Shown here: one piece after another, positions 1 to 11,028 of the stretch
Layout of the letters: the number at the start of each line of letters is the position of its first letter
How positions within the stretch are numbered: position 1 is the first letter of the stretch
NCBI GenBank assembly: GCA_963705255.1
Contig: OY970061.1
Span: 1,568,001 to 1,632,000, forward strand
Source: an uncultured Methanoregulaceae archaeon
GTDB lineage: Archaea; Halobacteriota; Methanomicrobia; Methanomicrobiales; Methanospirillaceae
Reading direction: 5' to 3'
DNA: 64,000 bases
Notes under the pieces: model-generated
What the model was told of the DNA's origin: nothing
Seen by the model: the letters and a program-made list of their open reading frames with translations, nothing else
Database searches by the model: none
Position numbers and translations under genes: made by a program

Positions 1-339
1 GTGTATGGAGGCCTTGCCCCCGGCATGAACGCCGATGTCGGTATCTTCGACCTCAATTGCAAGAGTATGCCCTCTGACCCCGAGAAGATCGAGAAGGCAT
101 TCCAGCGGGCTGCCTGCTTCATCAAGTCTGGCGAGATCGTAGTAAAAGACGGCGATGTCGTCAGCCATGGCCACAAGCGGACGGTCTGGGTCAATGTCAA
201 GATGCCCGAGAACCCCCAAGTCAAACGCGACATCACTCAGTCCTTCACCAAAGACTACACGGTCGATCTCATCAACTATCCGGTCAGGGACTATCTTGCC
301 CCGCATCCGTTCGTCATCGATGTTGATGTGGAGGCCTGA
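1..339 (+). CDS. fwdA: Formylmethanofuran dehydrogenase subunit A, C-terminal part (truncated by window edge)
   Basis: GLAPGMNADVGIFD and KSGEIVVKDG amidohydrolase C-terminal motifs; directly upstream of subunit C. Confidence 0.85.
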   Translation: MYGGLAPGMNADVGIFDLNCKSMPSDPEKIEKAFQRAACFIKSGEIVVKDGDVVSHGHKRTVWVNVKMPENPQVKRDITQSFTKDYTVDLINYPVRDYLAPHPFVIDVDVEA

Positions 340-348
340 GGTGCGATC

Positions 349-1155
349 ATGGCAATTGTGACGTTAAAACCCACAAAAGTCCCCGAGCTTATACTTGAGG
401 GTTACAGCATTACGCCCGACGCATTTGCAGGAAAAACGTCCGCACAGATCGCAGAGCTCCCGGCCCACGAGGGCAAGATCCACGTCAAGATCGGGGATTT
501 CTATGAGGTCTCCGGTAGTTCTGGTGCAACCGCAGCGGACACCGATATCGTGATTGCCGGCGACTGCACCCGCGTCAAGTATATCGGCTCCAAGATGACC
601 GCCGGGACCGTCACGGTCAACGGTAACGCGGACATGTACGTCGGCGGCTGGATGAAGGGTGGAAAGATCCATGTCACCGGCAACGTTGACTCCTTCTGCG
701 GGATCCAGATGCAGGGCGGCGAGATCCTTGTTGACGGCGATGCCAAGAACCATGTCGGCTGCGCCTACCGCGGCGACTGGAGAGGTATGAAGGGCGGCAC
801 CATCCGGATCGGGGGCAGTGCCGGCAACGATATCGGCACCTTCATGCTCGGCGGCACCATCATCATCGAGAAGGACGCGTTCATCCACGTCTCCACCCAT
901 GCCGAGGGAGGCACCGTCATCATCAAGGGAGATGTCGAGGGCAGGGTCGGCGGCCAGATGGTCAAGGGCGACATGTACGTGCTCGGCAAGATCAAGTTCA
1001 TGATGCCCGGGTACCAGAAGGTCGACACTGTTGAGAAGGAAGTCGATGGTGTCAAGGCAAAGTTCGACCACTACATCGGCGACCTCGGCGAGAGGCACCC
1101 GAAGAGCAAAGGCCAGATCGTGTACGCGAACCTGTACCTGAAAGCAGTGGCATGA
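349..1155 (+). CDS. fwdC: Formylmethanofuran dehydrogenase subunit C
   Basis: GXGXG beta-helix repeats, GCAYRGDWRGMKGG motif, GDLGE near C-terminus; RBS GAGGTG upstream. Confidence 0.93.
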   Translation: MAIVTLKPTKVPELILEGYSITPDAFAGKTSAQIAELPAHEGKIHVKIGDFYEVSGSSGATAADTDIVIAGDCTRVKYIGSKMTAGTVTVNGNADMYVGGWMKGGKIHVTGNVDSFCGIQMQGGEILVDGDAKNHVGCAYRGDWRGMKGGTIRIGGSAGNDIGTFMLGGTIIIEKDAFIHVSTHAEGGTVIIKGDVEGRVGGQMVKGDMYVLGKIKFMMPGYQKVDTVEKEVDGVKAKFDHYIGDLGERHPKSKGQIVYANLYLKAVA

Positions 1156-1254
1156 GCGTCCTGTACAAGATCCATCGCACATCCAGAATAGCCCTCTGTG
1201 GCCAATACTTCTTTTTTTCTGCCAAAAAACAGATAGCATCCCAGGCGTGATCCC

Positions 1255-2010
1255 ATGAACACTGTCGGAAAAGAATTCATCAAAGGAACCAGATACCCGG
1301 ATTATTCCACGGTCGACCTTGTCCTCCGTGTCCCGGAACCCCCGCATGAACTACCGGTAAAAGAGGGGCAGGTCGTAATCAAACTCCCGAACCCGAAACG
1401 GTTCAAGCTCCCGGATTTGCCGGTCAGGCAGGCCATCGAGAGCTGGGAACCTGCCGGGTTCTTCTCCCGCTCGTCCCTGACCTTAAAAGAACTCTCGTAC
1501 CTGCTCTGGTGTACCCAGGGGTTCAGGAAGACCGTCGCAGAGACCATGCAGCTCAGGAACGTACCCTCAAGCGGTTCACGCTACCCGCTCGAGACCTACT
1601 TTGTTGCAAACGAAGTCGAAGGGCTCGAGACGGGGCTCTACCGGTACCTCCCGAAATCAAACAGAATCGTCGCAGAAAGGATCGATTCCGACCTGACCCT
1701 GGAGATGAGCACTGCAAGTCTGAACTTCAAGATCATGACCCGGGCTGCCATCACCTTCCTCTGGGTTGCCGTGCCGTACCGTTCGGTCTGGGCGCTGGGT
1801 GACCGGGGCTACCGGAGCGCACTGATCGAGGCGGGGCATACCTGCCAGAACCTCATCCTTGCGACCGCCGGCCTTGGGTACAGCGTATTTGCTACAGATA
1901 TGTTCCACGACGACCTGATCGCCAGACTGGCAGACTTGGATCCGGAGAACCAGTGGCCGGTCTATCTTGCTGCGGTGGGAAAGGTGGAGAAGAGCGTAAC
2001 GCTGGCATAA
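1255..2010 (+). CDS. SagB/ThcOx-family nitroreductase-like dehydrogenase
   Basis: LSYLLWCTQG, RNVPSSGSRYPLETY, EAGHTCQNL motifs. Confidence 0.85.
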   Translation: MNTVGKEFIKGTRYPDYSTVDLVLRVPEPPHELPVKEGQVVIKLPNPKRFKLPDLPVRQAIESWEPAGFFSRSSLTLKELSYLLWCTQGFRKTVAETMQLRNVPSSGSRYPLETYFVANEVEGLETGLYRYLPKSNRIVAERIDSDLTLEMSTASLNFKIMTRAAITFLWVAVPYRSVWALGDRGYRSALIEAGHTCQNLILATAGLGYSVFATDMFHDDLIARLADLDPENQWPVYLAAVGKVEKSVTLA

Positions 2011-2204
2011 GCGGGATCGGTTTTCGTGAAGGCACAAGGGCAGGAGTGCCAACTAATGTTCCGATGTTTATATCCAATAGAATTAAGATATATTAATTTA
2101 CATTTGGAGAAGGTTCAGCCAACAGGATGTAGGGAAGGTGAGGCCAACACCACCTCCTGTAGCGAACCGGTATCCACACTCACGATTGGCACGGGCATAC
2201 ACCC

Positions 2205-4124
2205 ATGGTAAAGCGCTATCTTTCGCTCTGTTCCCTGGAACAAGCGCTCAACCTGATGAAGTCTTCGTTTCCGTCACCGCAGCGGACAGAAAAAGTCCCG
2301 GTGATGGAGTCGGTCGGTCGGGTCGTCGCAGCACCGGTCTACGCGAAGTATTCCGTTCCGGAAGTGAATATCTCGGCAATGGATGGTATTGCGGTCAGGA
2401 GCCGCGATACTGTCGGGGCAACCGACCGCGAGCCGGTCACGCTGGAAGTATTTGCACGGGTCAATACCGGCAATATCGTCCCTCCGGAGTTCGACGCGGT
2501 CATCATGATCGAGGACACTTGGGAGGCATGCGACCGGTTCCAGATCCGGAAAGCTGCTGCCCCCTGGCAGCACGTCCGTCCGGCGGGAGAGGATATCCGC
2601 GAAGGGCGGCTGGTCCTCCCCAAGGGCCACCTGATACGGGCATTTGACATCGGGGCACTCGCCACGTATGGTGTCACCCGCATCGAGGTAAAGTCTGTCA
2701 ATATCGGCATTATCCCCACAGGGAGCGAACTGGTTCCCCTCGGGGTGCGGCCGGGGCCCGGACAGGTGGTAGAGAGCAATACGATCATGGCCCAGGTATT
2801 CCTGCACGCCATGGGCGCACGGTGCAGCCGGCTCCCGATCGTCCGCGATGATCCCGATCTGATCGCTGATGCGCTCACGACGGCAGTCAGGAACAATGAC
2901 CTTGTCATCATTTCCGCTGGCTCCTCTGCAGGCACCCGCGATTTTACTGCAGGGGTTATCAGCAGCCTCGGCGAGCTGATATTCCATGGCGTTGCCGTCA
3001 AGCCCGGAAAACCGGTGATGCTGGGGAGGATTAACGGGAAACCCGTTCTCGGACTTCCGGGATACCCCCTCGCTGCGCAGACTTCCCTCCGGGAGTTCGC
3101 CGCCCCCCTCCTCGAGTCCTGGGGATTTCCCCCGGCCCCGAAACTCCCGGTCCGGGTCAGGCTCGCGGAGGCACTCACATCCGACCTTGGCTTTGATGAG
3201 TTTGTCCCGGTCTTCGTGGGACGGATCGGGTACTACGCTCTGGGGCACCTCCCATGCCAAAGGATCCGGCGTCCAGATGGCAACCGTCAAGGCAAACGGG
3301 TATACCCATATACCTGCACCCGTGGAGGGGTACGAGGCCGGTCACGAGCTTGACGTGCTCCTGACAACGGACCCCGGGAGTGTCGACCGGACCCTTTTCT
3401 TCCCGGGTTCCATCGATCCCGCTCTCGAAGAACTCGCGGCTCTTGCCCACGATGAGGGGCTCTTCATTCATGCCAGCAATGTCGGGAATGAGAGAGGATT
3501 CTTTTCGCTCAAACGCAATGCGTGCCATGCGGCACCCGTAAGCCTTCCCGTTGCGTCCGCCCTGCTTTCGGCGGAAGAGCCTTTCGTGCAGTCCCTCCCT
3601 CCCTCGGGCCTGGCTTTCGTCCATATCGCAAAGATCGAACAGGGGATTGCATCCCGCGAAGGGCTTGCATTCGATGACCTGCCCGGTGTCCGCTTCATCA
3701 ACACCCGGAAAGACTCCCCCTCCCGCCGGGTCTTCGATGCCCTTCTCCGGATGCGGAATATCCCCATTTCGCGGATCAACGGGTACCTGCAGGAGGTATA
3801 CGGGCCTCAGGCGGTTGCAGCAGCGATCCGGAACGGGTTTGCTGACGCCGGGATGTGCACCTCCGGCATTGCCGGGAAGTACGGCCTCCGGTTCGAACCA
3901 CTGGCATACGAGAATTACGAGCTGGCAGTACAGCGGGAGATGCTTGCGGATCCCCGTATCTGCACGATCGTTGGCCTGATCCGCTCCCCTGCGTACCAGG
4001 CTGTCCTGAATCGGGCCGGGGGTACGACATAGCTCACGTAGGGGTCATCCGCGGGCTGGCGGACGATAGTACCCTGACGGAACTTTCGCCAACTGCGCCA
4101 ACGGCCGGATACCCGGGCACCTGA
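2205..4124 (+). CDS. moeA: Molybdopterin molybdenumtransferase MoeA fused to a C-terminal PBP/LysR-type substrate-binding domain; apparent frameshifts at ~3231 and ~4022
   Basis: SAMDGIAV, IIPTGSEL, SAGSSAGTRD, VKPGKP, GLPGYP in ORF 2205-3353; continues in ORF 3187-4032 (FINTRKDS, ENYEL PBP domain) and ends GYDIAHVG... in a third frame at 4124. Confidence 0.85.
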
Positions 4125-4248
4125 ACTCCTTTTTATGTGCAGATGGGAGAATCCGGAGGTCCTGCAGTACCCCGGTCCGGATCTGCCTTGCAACAATGGT
4201 CTGGTCTGTATAAACGGCGAGTTGATCACGTCAGGACAGGCTTTTTTA

Positions 4249-4575
4249 AAAAAATTGTCAGGTCCGGATGTGACAATAAAAAATAATTGTCAGATCGGTT
4301 AGTGGGAATTTTAAAAAATTCCCCGATCGGATCGCAGGAATTTTGCCGGAAAAATCCGGAAAATCCATGCTTTTTCCGACGGAGCGCCCATCTTGTCTTA
4401 CTGGCAATTAAAAATAATTGCCGGGTCCGGACGTGACAATTCAGAAAAATTGCCAGATCGGTTGGTGATAATTTTAAAAAATCCTCAGGTCCGGATCTGG
4501 CAATTGAGAAAAATTCCCGGATCCGGATGCGGCAATAAAAAATAATTCCCGGATCGGTTGGTAGGAATTTTCAAG
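4249..4575. repeat. Array of imperfect palindromic units with an exact 32-bp period
   Basis: Unit-start AATT/AATC at 4253, 4285, 4317, then 4416, 4448, 4480, 4512, 4544; each unit is an A-tract, AATT(G/C), a GGTCCGGA or GATCGGTT core, then (C/G)AAT. Confidence 0.8.
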
Positions 4576-4593
4576 AATGGTATGAAAAAAGGA

Positions 4594-5844
4594 TTATTTC
4601 TTTATCGGATTGAACACGTTCTCGTAGATCATGTCGCTGCCGGTATTATGCAGGCGCTCGCGCTCGACTTTCTCCTCTGCGTAGGCAAGGATCGGGAGTT
4701 CCATGCTGATGCCCGGGGTATGGCCGAACATCTTCTCGAGTTCCACCTGCTGGGCGTGCATGAAGAGCGCATTGGGGATCTCCGCAGGGCAGACTTCCTC
4801 GCACTGGCCGCAGTTCACGCAGGACGAGGCGATGTGGGCGTACCGGATCAGGTGGAACATGAAGCTGACCGGGAGCTCGCCGGGGGGCACCATGGCGGGG
4901 TTCTTGGTCGTGCACTCGACACAGTAACAGATCGGGCACTGGTCTATGCACTGGTAGCACTTGATGCAGCGGGAAGTCTCGGTCATGATCTTCCTGAGAC
5001 GGTCCTTGCCCTCCCCGAGCCCCTCGAAGTCCTTCTTGCGCCACTTCTCGCCGAGCTTGAGCATCGCGCCTTCGACCTTCCCGCGGATGTCGAGCCCCTT
5101 GGGGTTTGCCGGCTCGGTCTCGAGGATGCCTTTCTTGATGGCACCGGCAAGAAGGTTCGCACCTTTCTCGCTGCAGACTTCCACGAAAGTCGCCTTGCCG
5201 GCACGGGGGCCGATGACACCCCAGTTCCCGCAGGCGAGGTCGGCCTGCCGCGGGACCTTGAGCTTGCAGCGGCGGCAGTTGGACCGCCGCCCGTAGCCTG
5301 CTTCCTCGAGTTCGTCGACCGAGATGCCCTTGTGGCCGCCCTCGTACTCGATGATGAACTGGCCCTTGTCGATCTCTTCCTTGTGGACGGCCTCGGGGTC
5401 GACCCCGTACTTGTCGGCGATCATCTTCCGGGCAAGGACCGGGCTGACGGACCCTCCGCAGTTGACGCCGATCATGATCACGTTGTCGAGGTCGATCTGC
5501 TTGCGCTTGGCAAGTTCGTAGAACGCCATCATGTCGCAGCCCTTGACGGTCACGCCGATCTTTTTGTCGCTGGCACCGTCAAGGTATTTTTTTATGAGTT
5601 TTGGGATCAGGAGCGTACCGCAGTGGAGCGAACCGGCGGTCTTTGCAAGATCCTTGGGATCGGTGATGAAGACCGGCTTCGCGTCGTACAGGTCGACACC
5701 CCTGGTCACCACGAGAACAGCATCCACGGTTTTGGATTCAAGGGCATACTTCCACAGGGCGGTGACCGCACCGCCGAGTTCCGCCTTCTTCTGGATCTCT
5801 GCATCTGTCGTCCAGGCATAGAGCATGTCGCCTTTCTTGGTCAT
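4594..5844 (-). CDS. fdhB: F420-dependent formate dehydrogenase beta subunit, copy 1
   Basis: ELGGAVTAL, GSLHCG, GVNCGG, RRSNCRRC, ADLACGNWG plus two 4Fe-4S motifs (CIKCYQCIDQCP, CVNCGQCEEVCP). Confidence 0.95.
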   Translation of the reverse strand: MTKKGDMLYAWTTDAEIQKKAELGGAVTALWKYALESKTVDAVLVVTRGVDLYDAKPVFITDPKDLAKTAGSLHCGTLLIPKLIKKYLDGASDKKIGVTVKGCDMMAFYELAKRKQIDLDNVIMIGVNCGGSVSPVLARKMIADKYGVDPEAVHKEEIDKGQFIIEYEGGHKGISVDELEEAGYGRRSNCRRCKLKVPRQADLACGNWGVIGPRAGKATFVEVCSEKGANLLAGAIKKGILETEPANPKGLDIRGKVEGAMLKLGEKWRKKDFEGLGEGKDRLRKIMTETSRCIKCYQCIDQCPICYCVECTTKNPAMVPPGELPVSFMFHLIRYAHIASSCVNCGQCEEVCPAEIPNALFMHAQQVELEKMFGHTPGISMELPILAYAEEKVERERLHNTGSDMIYENVFNPIKK

Positions 5845-5845
5845 G

Positions 5846-7910
5846 TTACTGCGCCTCCTTGATCTTTTCTACGGCAACGGCACAGTGCTTGAGTTCCGGC
5901 ATCTTGGAGAGCGGGTCGAGCGCCGTGTTGGTGAGGTTGTTGGCACCCTCGTTAAAATGCATTGGCATGTACAGCACTTTCGGGGCCACATCATCCGTCA
6001 CCCGTGCGATGGTGATCGTCTCGCCACGGCGGCTGCGTACTTTGATCTTTTCGTGTTGCTTTATGCCGAGCTCTTTTGCATCCTGCGTGTTGATCTGGAT
6101 ATAGGACTCGGGTACCTCGTAGTGCAGCGTCGGGCTGCGGTCCGTCTGGGTCCTCGTATGGTAGTGAAAGATACAACGCCCGGTCATGAGCGTGTATGGG
6201 AACTCTGCATCCGCTACTTCCGCCGGCGGTTTGTACTCGAGGCCGAAGAAAGTCCCAAGGCCGTCGGCAGCCGCGAACTTCTCCCTATGCAGGATCGGGG
6301 TCCCCGGGTGTTCGACCGTCGGGCAGGGCCAGTGGACGGACTCGGGCTTCTCCATCTTTGCGTACGTTGCGCCGAACATGGATGGAGTGCATGCCCGCAT
6401 ATCGTTCCAGACATCTTCGGCGGTCTTGAAGTCGAAGCCTTTCAGTCCCATCTTCTTTGCAAGCAGCATGAAGATTTCAATATCCGTTTTCGCTTCGCCT
6501 GGGGCATCGACGGCTTTCCGGACACGGTTGATCCGCCGCTCACCGCTCGTAAACGTCCCGTCCTTCTCGGCAAAACAGGCACCGGGGAGGACGACATCAG
6601 CATACTGGCAGCTCTCGGTCCAGAAGATGTCCTGGATGACGAGGAAGTCGAGCTTGTCAAGCGACGCCTTCACATGGTTCGAATCGGGATAGGAGACCAC
6701 CGGGTTCAGACCGAGGATATACATCGCCTTGATCGGGTCCCCGCACTGGTTGATCTGCTCGGTCAGGGTTGCACCATACCAGTCAGGCAGGCCGGTAACT
6801 CCCCAGGCCTTCTCCATCTTCGCACGGTTCTCGGTCTGTCTCACACTTCTGGTAGCCGGAGTAGACATTCGGGTATGCGCCCATGTCGCAGGCACCCTGC
6901 ACGTTGTTCTGGCCGCGGAGCGGGTTGACACCGACGCCGGGGCGCCCGATGTTGCCGCAGAGCATCGAAAGGTTGCCCATCGAACGGACGTTATCGGTCC
7001 CGGTGGTGAGCTCGGTGATGCCCAGGCAGTAGATGATGACCGCGTTCTTTGCTTTGGCATACTTACGGGCAAAATCCTTGACCTTCTCGGTCGGGACACC
7101 GGTGATCTTCTCGGCATCGGCATACTTCTCGACGGTCTTCTTGAGGTCATCGAACCCTTTCGTACGGTTCTTGATGAACTCCTTGTCCTCAAGGCCTTCC
7201 TTGATGATCCAGTACATCATGGAGTTGGCGAGCGCGATATGGGTGGACGGGTTGAACCGGATCCAGTCATCCGCGAGCCGTGCAGTTGCGCTGTACCGCG
7301 GGTCGACCACGATGATCGGGATCCCTTTCTTCTTGGCCTGCATGACACGCCGGGCGGCAAGCGGGTGGGCCTCAACCGCATTGGAACCCCACATGACGAT
7401 GAGGTCGGAGTTCAGCACATCCTCGAACGGGTTGGTGGCCGCACCGGACCCGAAGGAGAGCGAGAGACCGGCAACTGACGGGCCGTGGCAGATACGGGCG
7501 CAGTTGTCGACATTGTTCGTCTTGAACGCGACCCGTGCCCATTTCTGCATGATATAACAGTCCTCGTTGACGGTCCGGCACGAGACCTGGAACCCAAGGG
7601 ACTTGGGGCCGAACTTGTCGGAAGTCTCCTTGAACTTCTTCGCGATGAGATCGAGGGCTTCGTCCCAAGAGGCTTCCTCGAACGTGTCACCCTTCTTTAT
7701 CAGGGGTTTTGTCAGCCGGTCCGGGTTCTGGACCGGTTCCCAGCAGGTCGCGCCCTTGGGGCAGAGCTTGCCTTCGTTCACCGGGCTGCGCTTGTAGGGT
7801 TCAACCCCGACGAGCTTGCCGTCATTGACAACAAGGTTCAGACCGCAGCCTACACCGCAGTACGGGCAGGTCGTTGGTACATATTTCAACAGTCTATTTG
7901 CATCTGTCAT
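5846..7910 (-). CDS. fdhA: Formate dehydrogenase alpha subunit, copy 1 (Cys ligand); +1 frameshift at ~6836
   Basis: TTCPYCGVGC, LCPKG, NCARICHGPS, RGQNNVQGACDMG in ORF 6783-7910; C-terminal half (QDIF, EKDGTFT, molybdopterin-binding domain) in ORF 5846-7192. Confidence 0.93.
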
Positions 7911-8000
7911 GGATATTCACCAAATCACGGAATGATTCAACACATGTCTTACTTGAAGGATTTGTTAAGGTAATTTGTTTATATTAAAAATTCCGCCGGG

Positions 8001-8045
8001 AATATATAAGGACTATGAAATTTTCCTGATATTTGATGAATATCA
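8001..8045 (-). promoter_or_regulatory. Putative fdhA1 TATA box with an upstream 7-bp inverted repeat
   Basis: CTTATATATT on the minus strand (8001-8010); TGATATT-N5-AATATCA at 8027-8045. Confidence 0.45.
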
Positions 8046-8258
8046 ATGGGTAAATGGGGACAATTGAACGAGTTCGCGTTCCGCCCGTTAAACGATTTTA
8101 ACCTGGTGGTTATTCGGTGCGCAGGATCATTTCTCCCGGGGATAAAAAAAATTCTGCCACACAGGACTGCACACCGGTCCCTGTACCGGCCCCTGCATCC
8201 GGGCCCCGGGGAACTCATGTGAACAATTGTTTAACCTATATCCGGTAAATAGTTCATT

Positions 8259-8900
8259 ATGAAGGTAGCACACACCCCGGGCTCTTCCGGAGATGTTCAT
8301 ACACTCATGGACGCCTGCGGCGTGGAACCGCGGCTGAAAGAGATGATTACCGCGTCCATAGCTTTACATTCCTACCCGGCGCCCGGAGTACTCATCGGGG
8401 CATTTATGGTAGATTACGCCCTAGAACGTATCAGGGCAACCCCGTCTGACAAGCTCTATGCAGTCTGCGAGACACCGAAGTGCGTCCCGGATGCCATCCA
8501 GGCGATAGCACACTGTACCACGGGAAATCACCGCCTCCGGATCGTGCCTGTCGGGAAGTTCGCTATCACCCTCAACGCCGCATCACCGGGTCTCGTAACC
8601 GAGGGGGTCCGGGTGTATATCGACCGGGAGAAACTGAAAAAATTCCCGACCATCGCTATCTGGTACGTAAACAGTCCTGCCTTTGTCAAGGATACCATGA
8701 CCCTCCAGCTCCGGGAGGAGATCTTCCGGGCAGGCCGGGCTATCCTCTCGTCCGAGCGTATCCGTCTCACCGTTTCCCCAAAGAAGAGATGGAGATCGGT
8801 CACCTGTCCCTGCTGCGGGGATACCGTCCCCGACTACCTCTTTGAGAAAGACCGCTGTGCTGCCTGCGGCTCTTTGAAATACTATGATAAAATTTCCTGA
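8259..8900 (+). CDS. FmdE-family protein with C-terminal zinc finger
   Basis: LHSYPAPGVLIG, CETPKCVPDAIQ, CTTGN, C-terminal CPCCGD...CAAC. Confidence 0.88.
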   Translation: MKVAHTPGSSGDVHTLMDACGVEPRLKEMITASIALHSYPAPGVLIGAFMVDYALERIRATPSDKLYAVCETPKCVPDAIQAIAHCTTGNHRLRIVPVGKFAITLNAASPGLVTEGVRVYIDREKLKKFPTIAIWYVNSPAFVKDTMTLQLREEIFRAGRAILSSERIRLTVSPKKRWRSVTCPCCGDTVPDYLFEKDRCAACGSLKYYDKIS

Positions 8901-8975
8901 TGCCACGGTTCAGGATCCGGATACCGGCTCCTGTCCCCGACATTTCACCAGATGAAATAGATGAAAAAATGCAGC

Positions 8976-9374
8976 TTATGCTGCCACGTTTGCCGGTGCA
9001 TCGGCGCTCTTTCGTACCGGCTTCTTGACCCACATGAGCCTATTGCCATCGTATGCAAAAGACTTCATGGTGAAGACCTTCATTCCCTGTGGCAGAGAGG
9101 ATGTGTCGGCATTGGCCGGCACCATCACGGCATACTCGTTCCGCGAGAGCGTGCCGTCGGAGTTTGTCTCTGACGTGGTGAGTTCGTCGAGGTGACCGGA
9201 GGGAATGGTCTTCCCGAACGTGACCAGTACCTTGACGAATTCCCGGTGGCCGTCTTTGCGGCGTTCCAGCACGATGATCGTATCGTAGCCGGTGCCCAGC
9301 TTTCGGGGCGTCATGTTCCAGCCATCAAAACTCGAGTAGATACTCTTGATCTCTTTTGCCACAAAATCGTGCAT
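8976..9374 (-). CDS. Hypothetical protein
   Basis: 132-aa ATG ORF with native codon usage and a globular alpha/beta pattern. Confidence 0.7.
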   Translation of the reverse strand: MHDFVAKEIKSIYSSFDGWNMTPRKLGTGYDTIIVLERRKDGHREFVKVLVTFGKTIPSGHLDELTTSETNSDGTLSRNEYAVMVPANADTSSLPQGMKVFTMKSFAYDGNRLMWVKKPVRKSADAPANVAA

Positions 9375-9772
9375 AACATCAGGTACTGAAACCCATAGTA
9401 CTCAGGTATTTGGCCATGACCGGCTAATAAAACATGTTGGTTAACTGGTAGTTATCCCAGGATCAGCGTTCCTTAACGAGGTTCTCAACCAGTTCTCACT
9501 CATCTCCTCACATCAGATCTGCACCGGCTGATAGGGAAATTCCGGCAGTGGTCAATACTTTTTTTTTAACAAAATAGATTTATTAACAAAAAGAGTGAAA
9601 GTAATTTTGCCGAAAGGCAGGGCAGGTCAGGTCCTTCCGGATTACCGCTTCTCCGGGCGTCCGGCATCATGCCACGATGTTCTGATACTGACTTACTCCT
9701 CGTTTCCCGTGTGCGGCCGCCGATATATTCACACACACAGAAGCGGCCGCGCGAACGGGAACAGAGTACGCA

Positions 9773-10582
9773 CTATTCTGCTCGGATCACGGTTCCGATC
9801 CTTTTCCTGTTGATGGCCTTCTCGATATTCCCCCGCTTGTGGCAGTTGATGATCCTCACTTCACGGATATTGACCGCACGCTCAAGAAGTTCAACCACCA
9901 TAGGTTCAATGACCATATCGTCGAGATCCATCCTGATCAACTCTGCTGCAGTGATCTCCCTGATAAGGTCAGCATCGGGATCGACTCGGGGGTCTGCAGT
10001 GTAAAGGCCATCGACATTTTTGCCAATGATACAGCTCTTTGCCCCGAGGACTTCGGCGATGAGGAAGGCACCGGTGTCCGTGCGGTGGGGGGGGATGGTA
10101 TCGGTCCGTGACGGGTGTTCATAGAGTCCATAAGGCGGAGTGCCGTGAACCACCGGCAACATCCCAAGCCTGAGCAGGGTGGGAAGGTCTAGGATATCCC
10201 CGGTATGGATCCGGGTGCCATTGTATTTCGATAGGAGGATCGAGACCATAATTGCATTCTGTTCAGAAATTTTTGCTGATAGTTCGGCGAGCACTCCTGT
10301 GGGCATGCCAAGATCCATACCGATATCCATGATGTGGCGGACCCGCCCGCCACCCCCGGTAACAACTAGGATCTGGTGTTTTTTTGACAACTCCCCGATC
10401 TCTTCGCAGAGCGGGTACATGATCCTGCGCCCGTAGTCAATCGCACCGTGTCCCCCTATCTTGATCACATTGATATCAGGCGCGATCCGGATCTGACCGG
10501 ATGGAGGTCTTTTGATGCGCATGCCCTTCCTGACAAGGGTCTCTCCCTGCAACCCGCTGGCGAGCTCGATGCGTTTTATCAT
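9773..10582 (-). CDS. Molybdenum storage protein (MosA/MosB)-like amino-acid-kinase-fold protein
   Basis: VIKIGG, TGGGGRVRH..GMDLGMPTG, PPYGLYEHP, IPPHRTDTGAFL, NVDGLYTADP match recalled Azotobacter MoSto motifs; Mo/W gene context. Confidence 0.75.
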   Translation of the reverse strand: MIKRIELASGLQGETLVRKGMRIKRPPSGQIRIAPDINVIKIGGHGAIDYGRRIMYPLCEEIGELSKKHQILVVTGGGGRVRHIMDIGMDLGMPTGVLAELSAKISEQNAIMVSILLSKYNGTRIHTGDILDLPTLLRLGMLPVVHGTPPYGLYEHPSRTDTIPPHRTDTGAFLIAEVLGAKSCIIGKNVDGLYTADPRVDPDADLIREITAAELIRMDLDDMVIEPMVVELLERAVNIREVRIINCHKRGNIEKAINRKRIGTVIRAE

Positions 10583-10713
10583 GTTATGCTCTCACTACCA
10601 GTATCGCAAAGGAAAGGTATAATCTCATGTAAACCAGTTGATATATCAGAGTCACAACTCCCTTCAGTTGGGGAAGTGCCAAGGTGAGAGGGTTTCTGAC
10701 AGGAGGAACTATT

Positions 10714-10917
10714 ATGAGAATCTATGTACGGGAACGCCAGAAAGTCGGCGAGGGGGGCGAGTCCCCGAAGTTCAGGATCGTTGCTGTGACCGGGGGGCAA
10801 CTCCAGATTGAGGCAACCCACTTCAGAAAGTTCGAGATTGAGCAGATTGCAAAAGACATTGGTGCAGAAGTCGTTTTTATGAAACCTGTTGTAGATGAGT
10901 ATAAGAAGAAACATTAG
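10714..10917 (+). CDS. Small hypothetical protein (67 aa)
   Basis: Strong SD AGGAGG at 10701-10706, ATG at 10714, T-tract after the stop. Confidence 0.75.
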   Translation: MRIYVRERQKVGEGGESPKFRIVAVTGGQLQIEATHFRKFEIEQIAKDIGAEVVFMKPVVDEYKKKH

Positions 10918-11028
10918 CTTTTTCCGGACATCCCGCCGCAACGGGTTATTGTGCCGGTGCCTGAAGGATTGCGGGGATTTTACTAAGTCTCTTTATGTAA
11001 GTGTGCCTAATATATCTGCAGAGAGCCT

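Noticed and set aside
4249-4575. CRISPR array
   Set aside because: Units are contiguous 32-mers without unique spacers, the repeats are degenerate, and there are no cas genes
9773-10582. Uridylate kinase (pyrH)
   Set aside because: N-terminal extension and PPY..EHP / IPPHRTDTGAF motifs fit the MoSto branch, and the context is Mo/W metabolism
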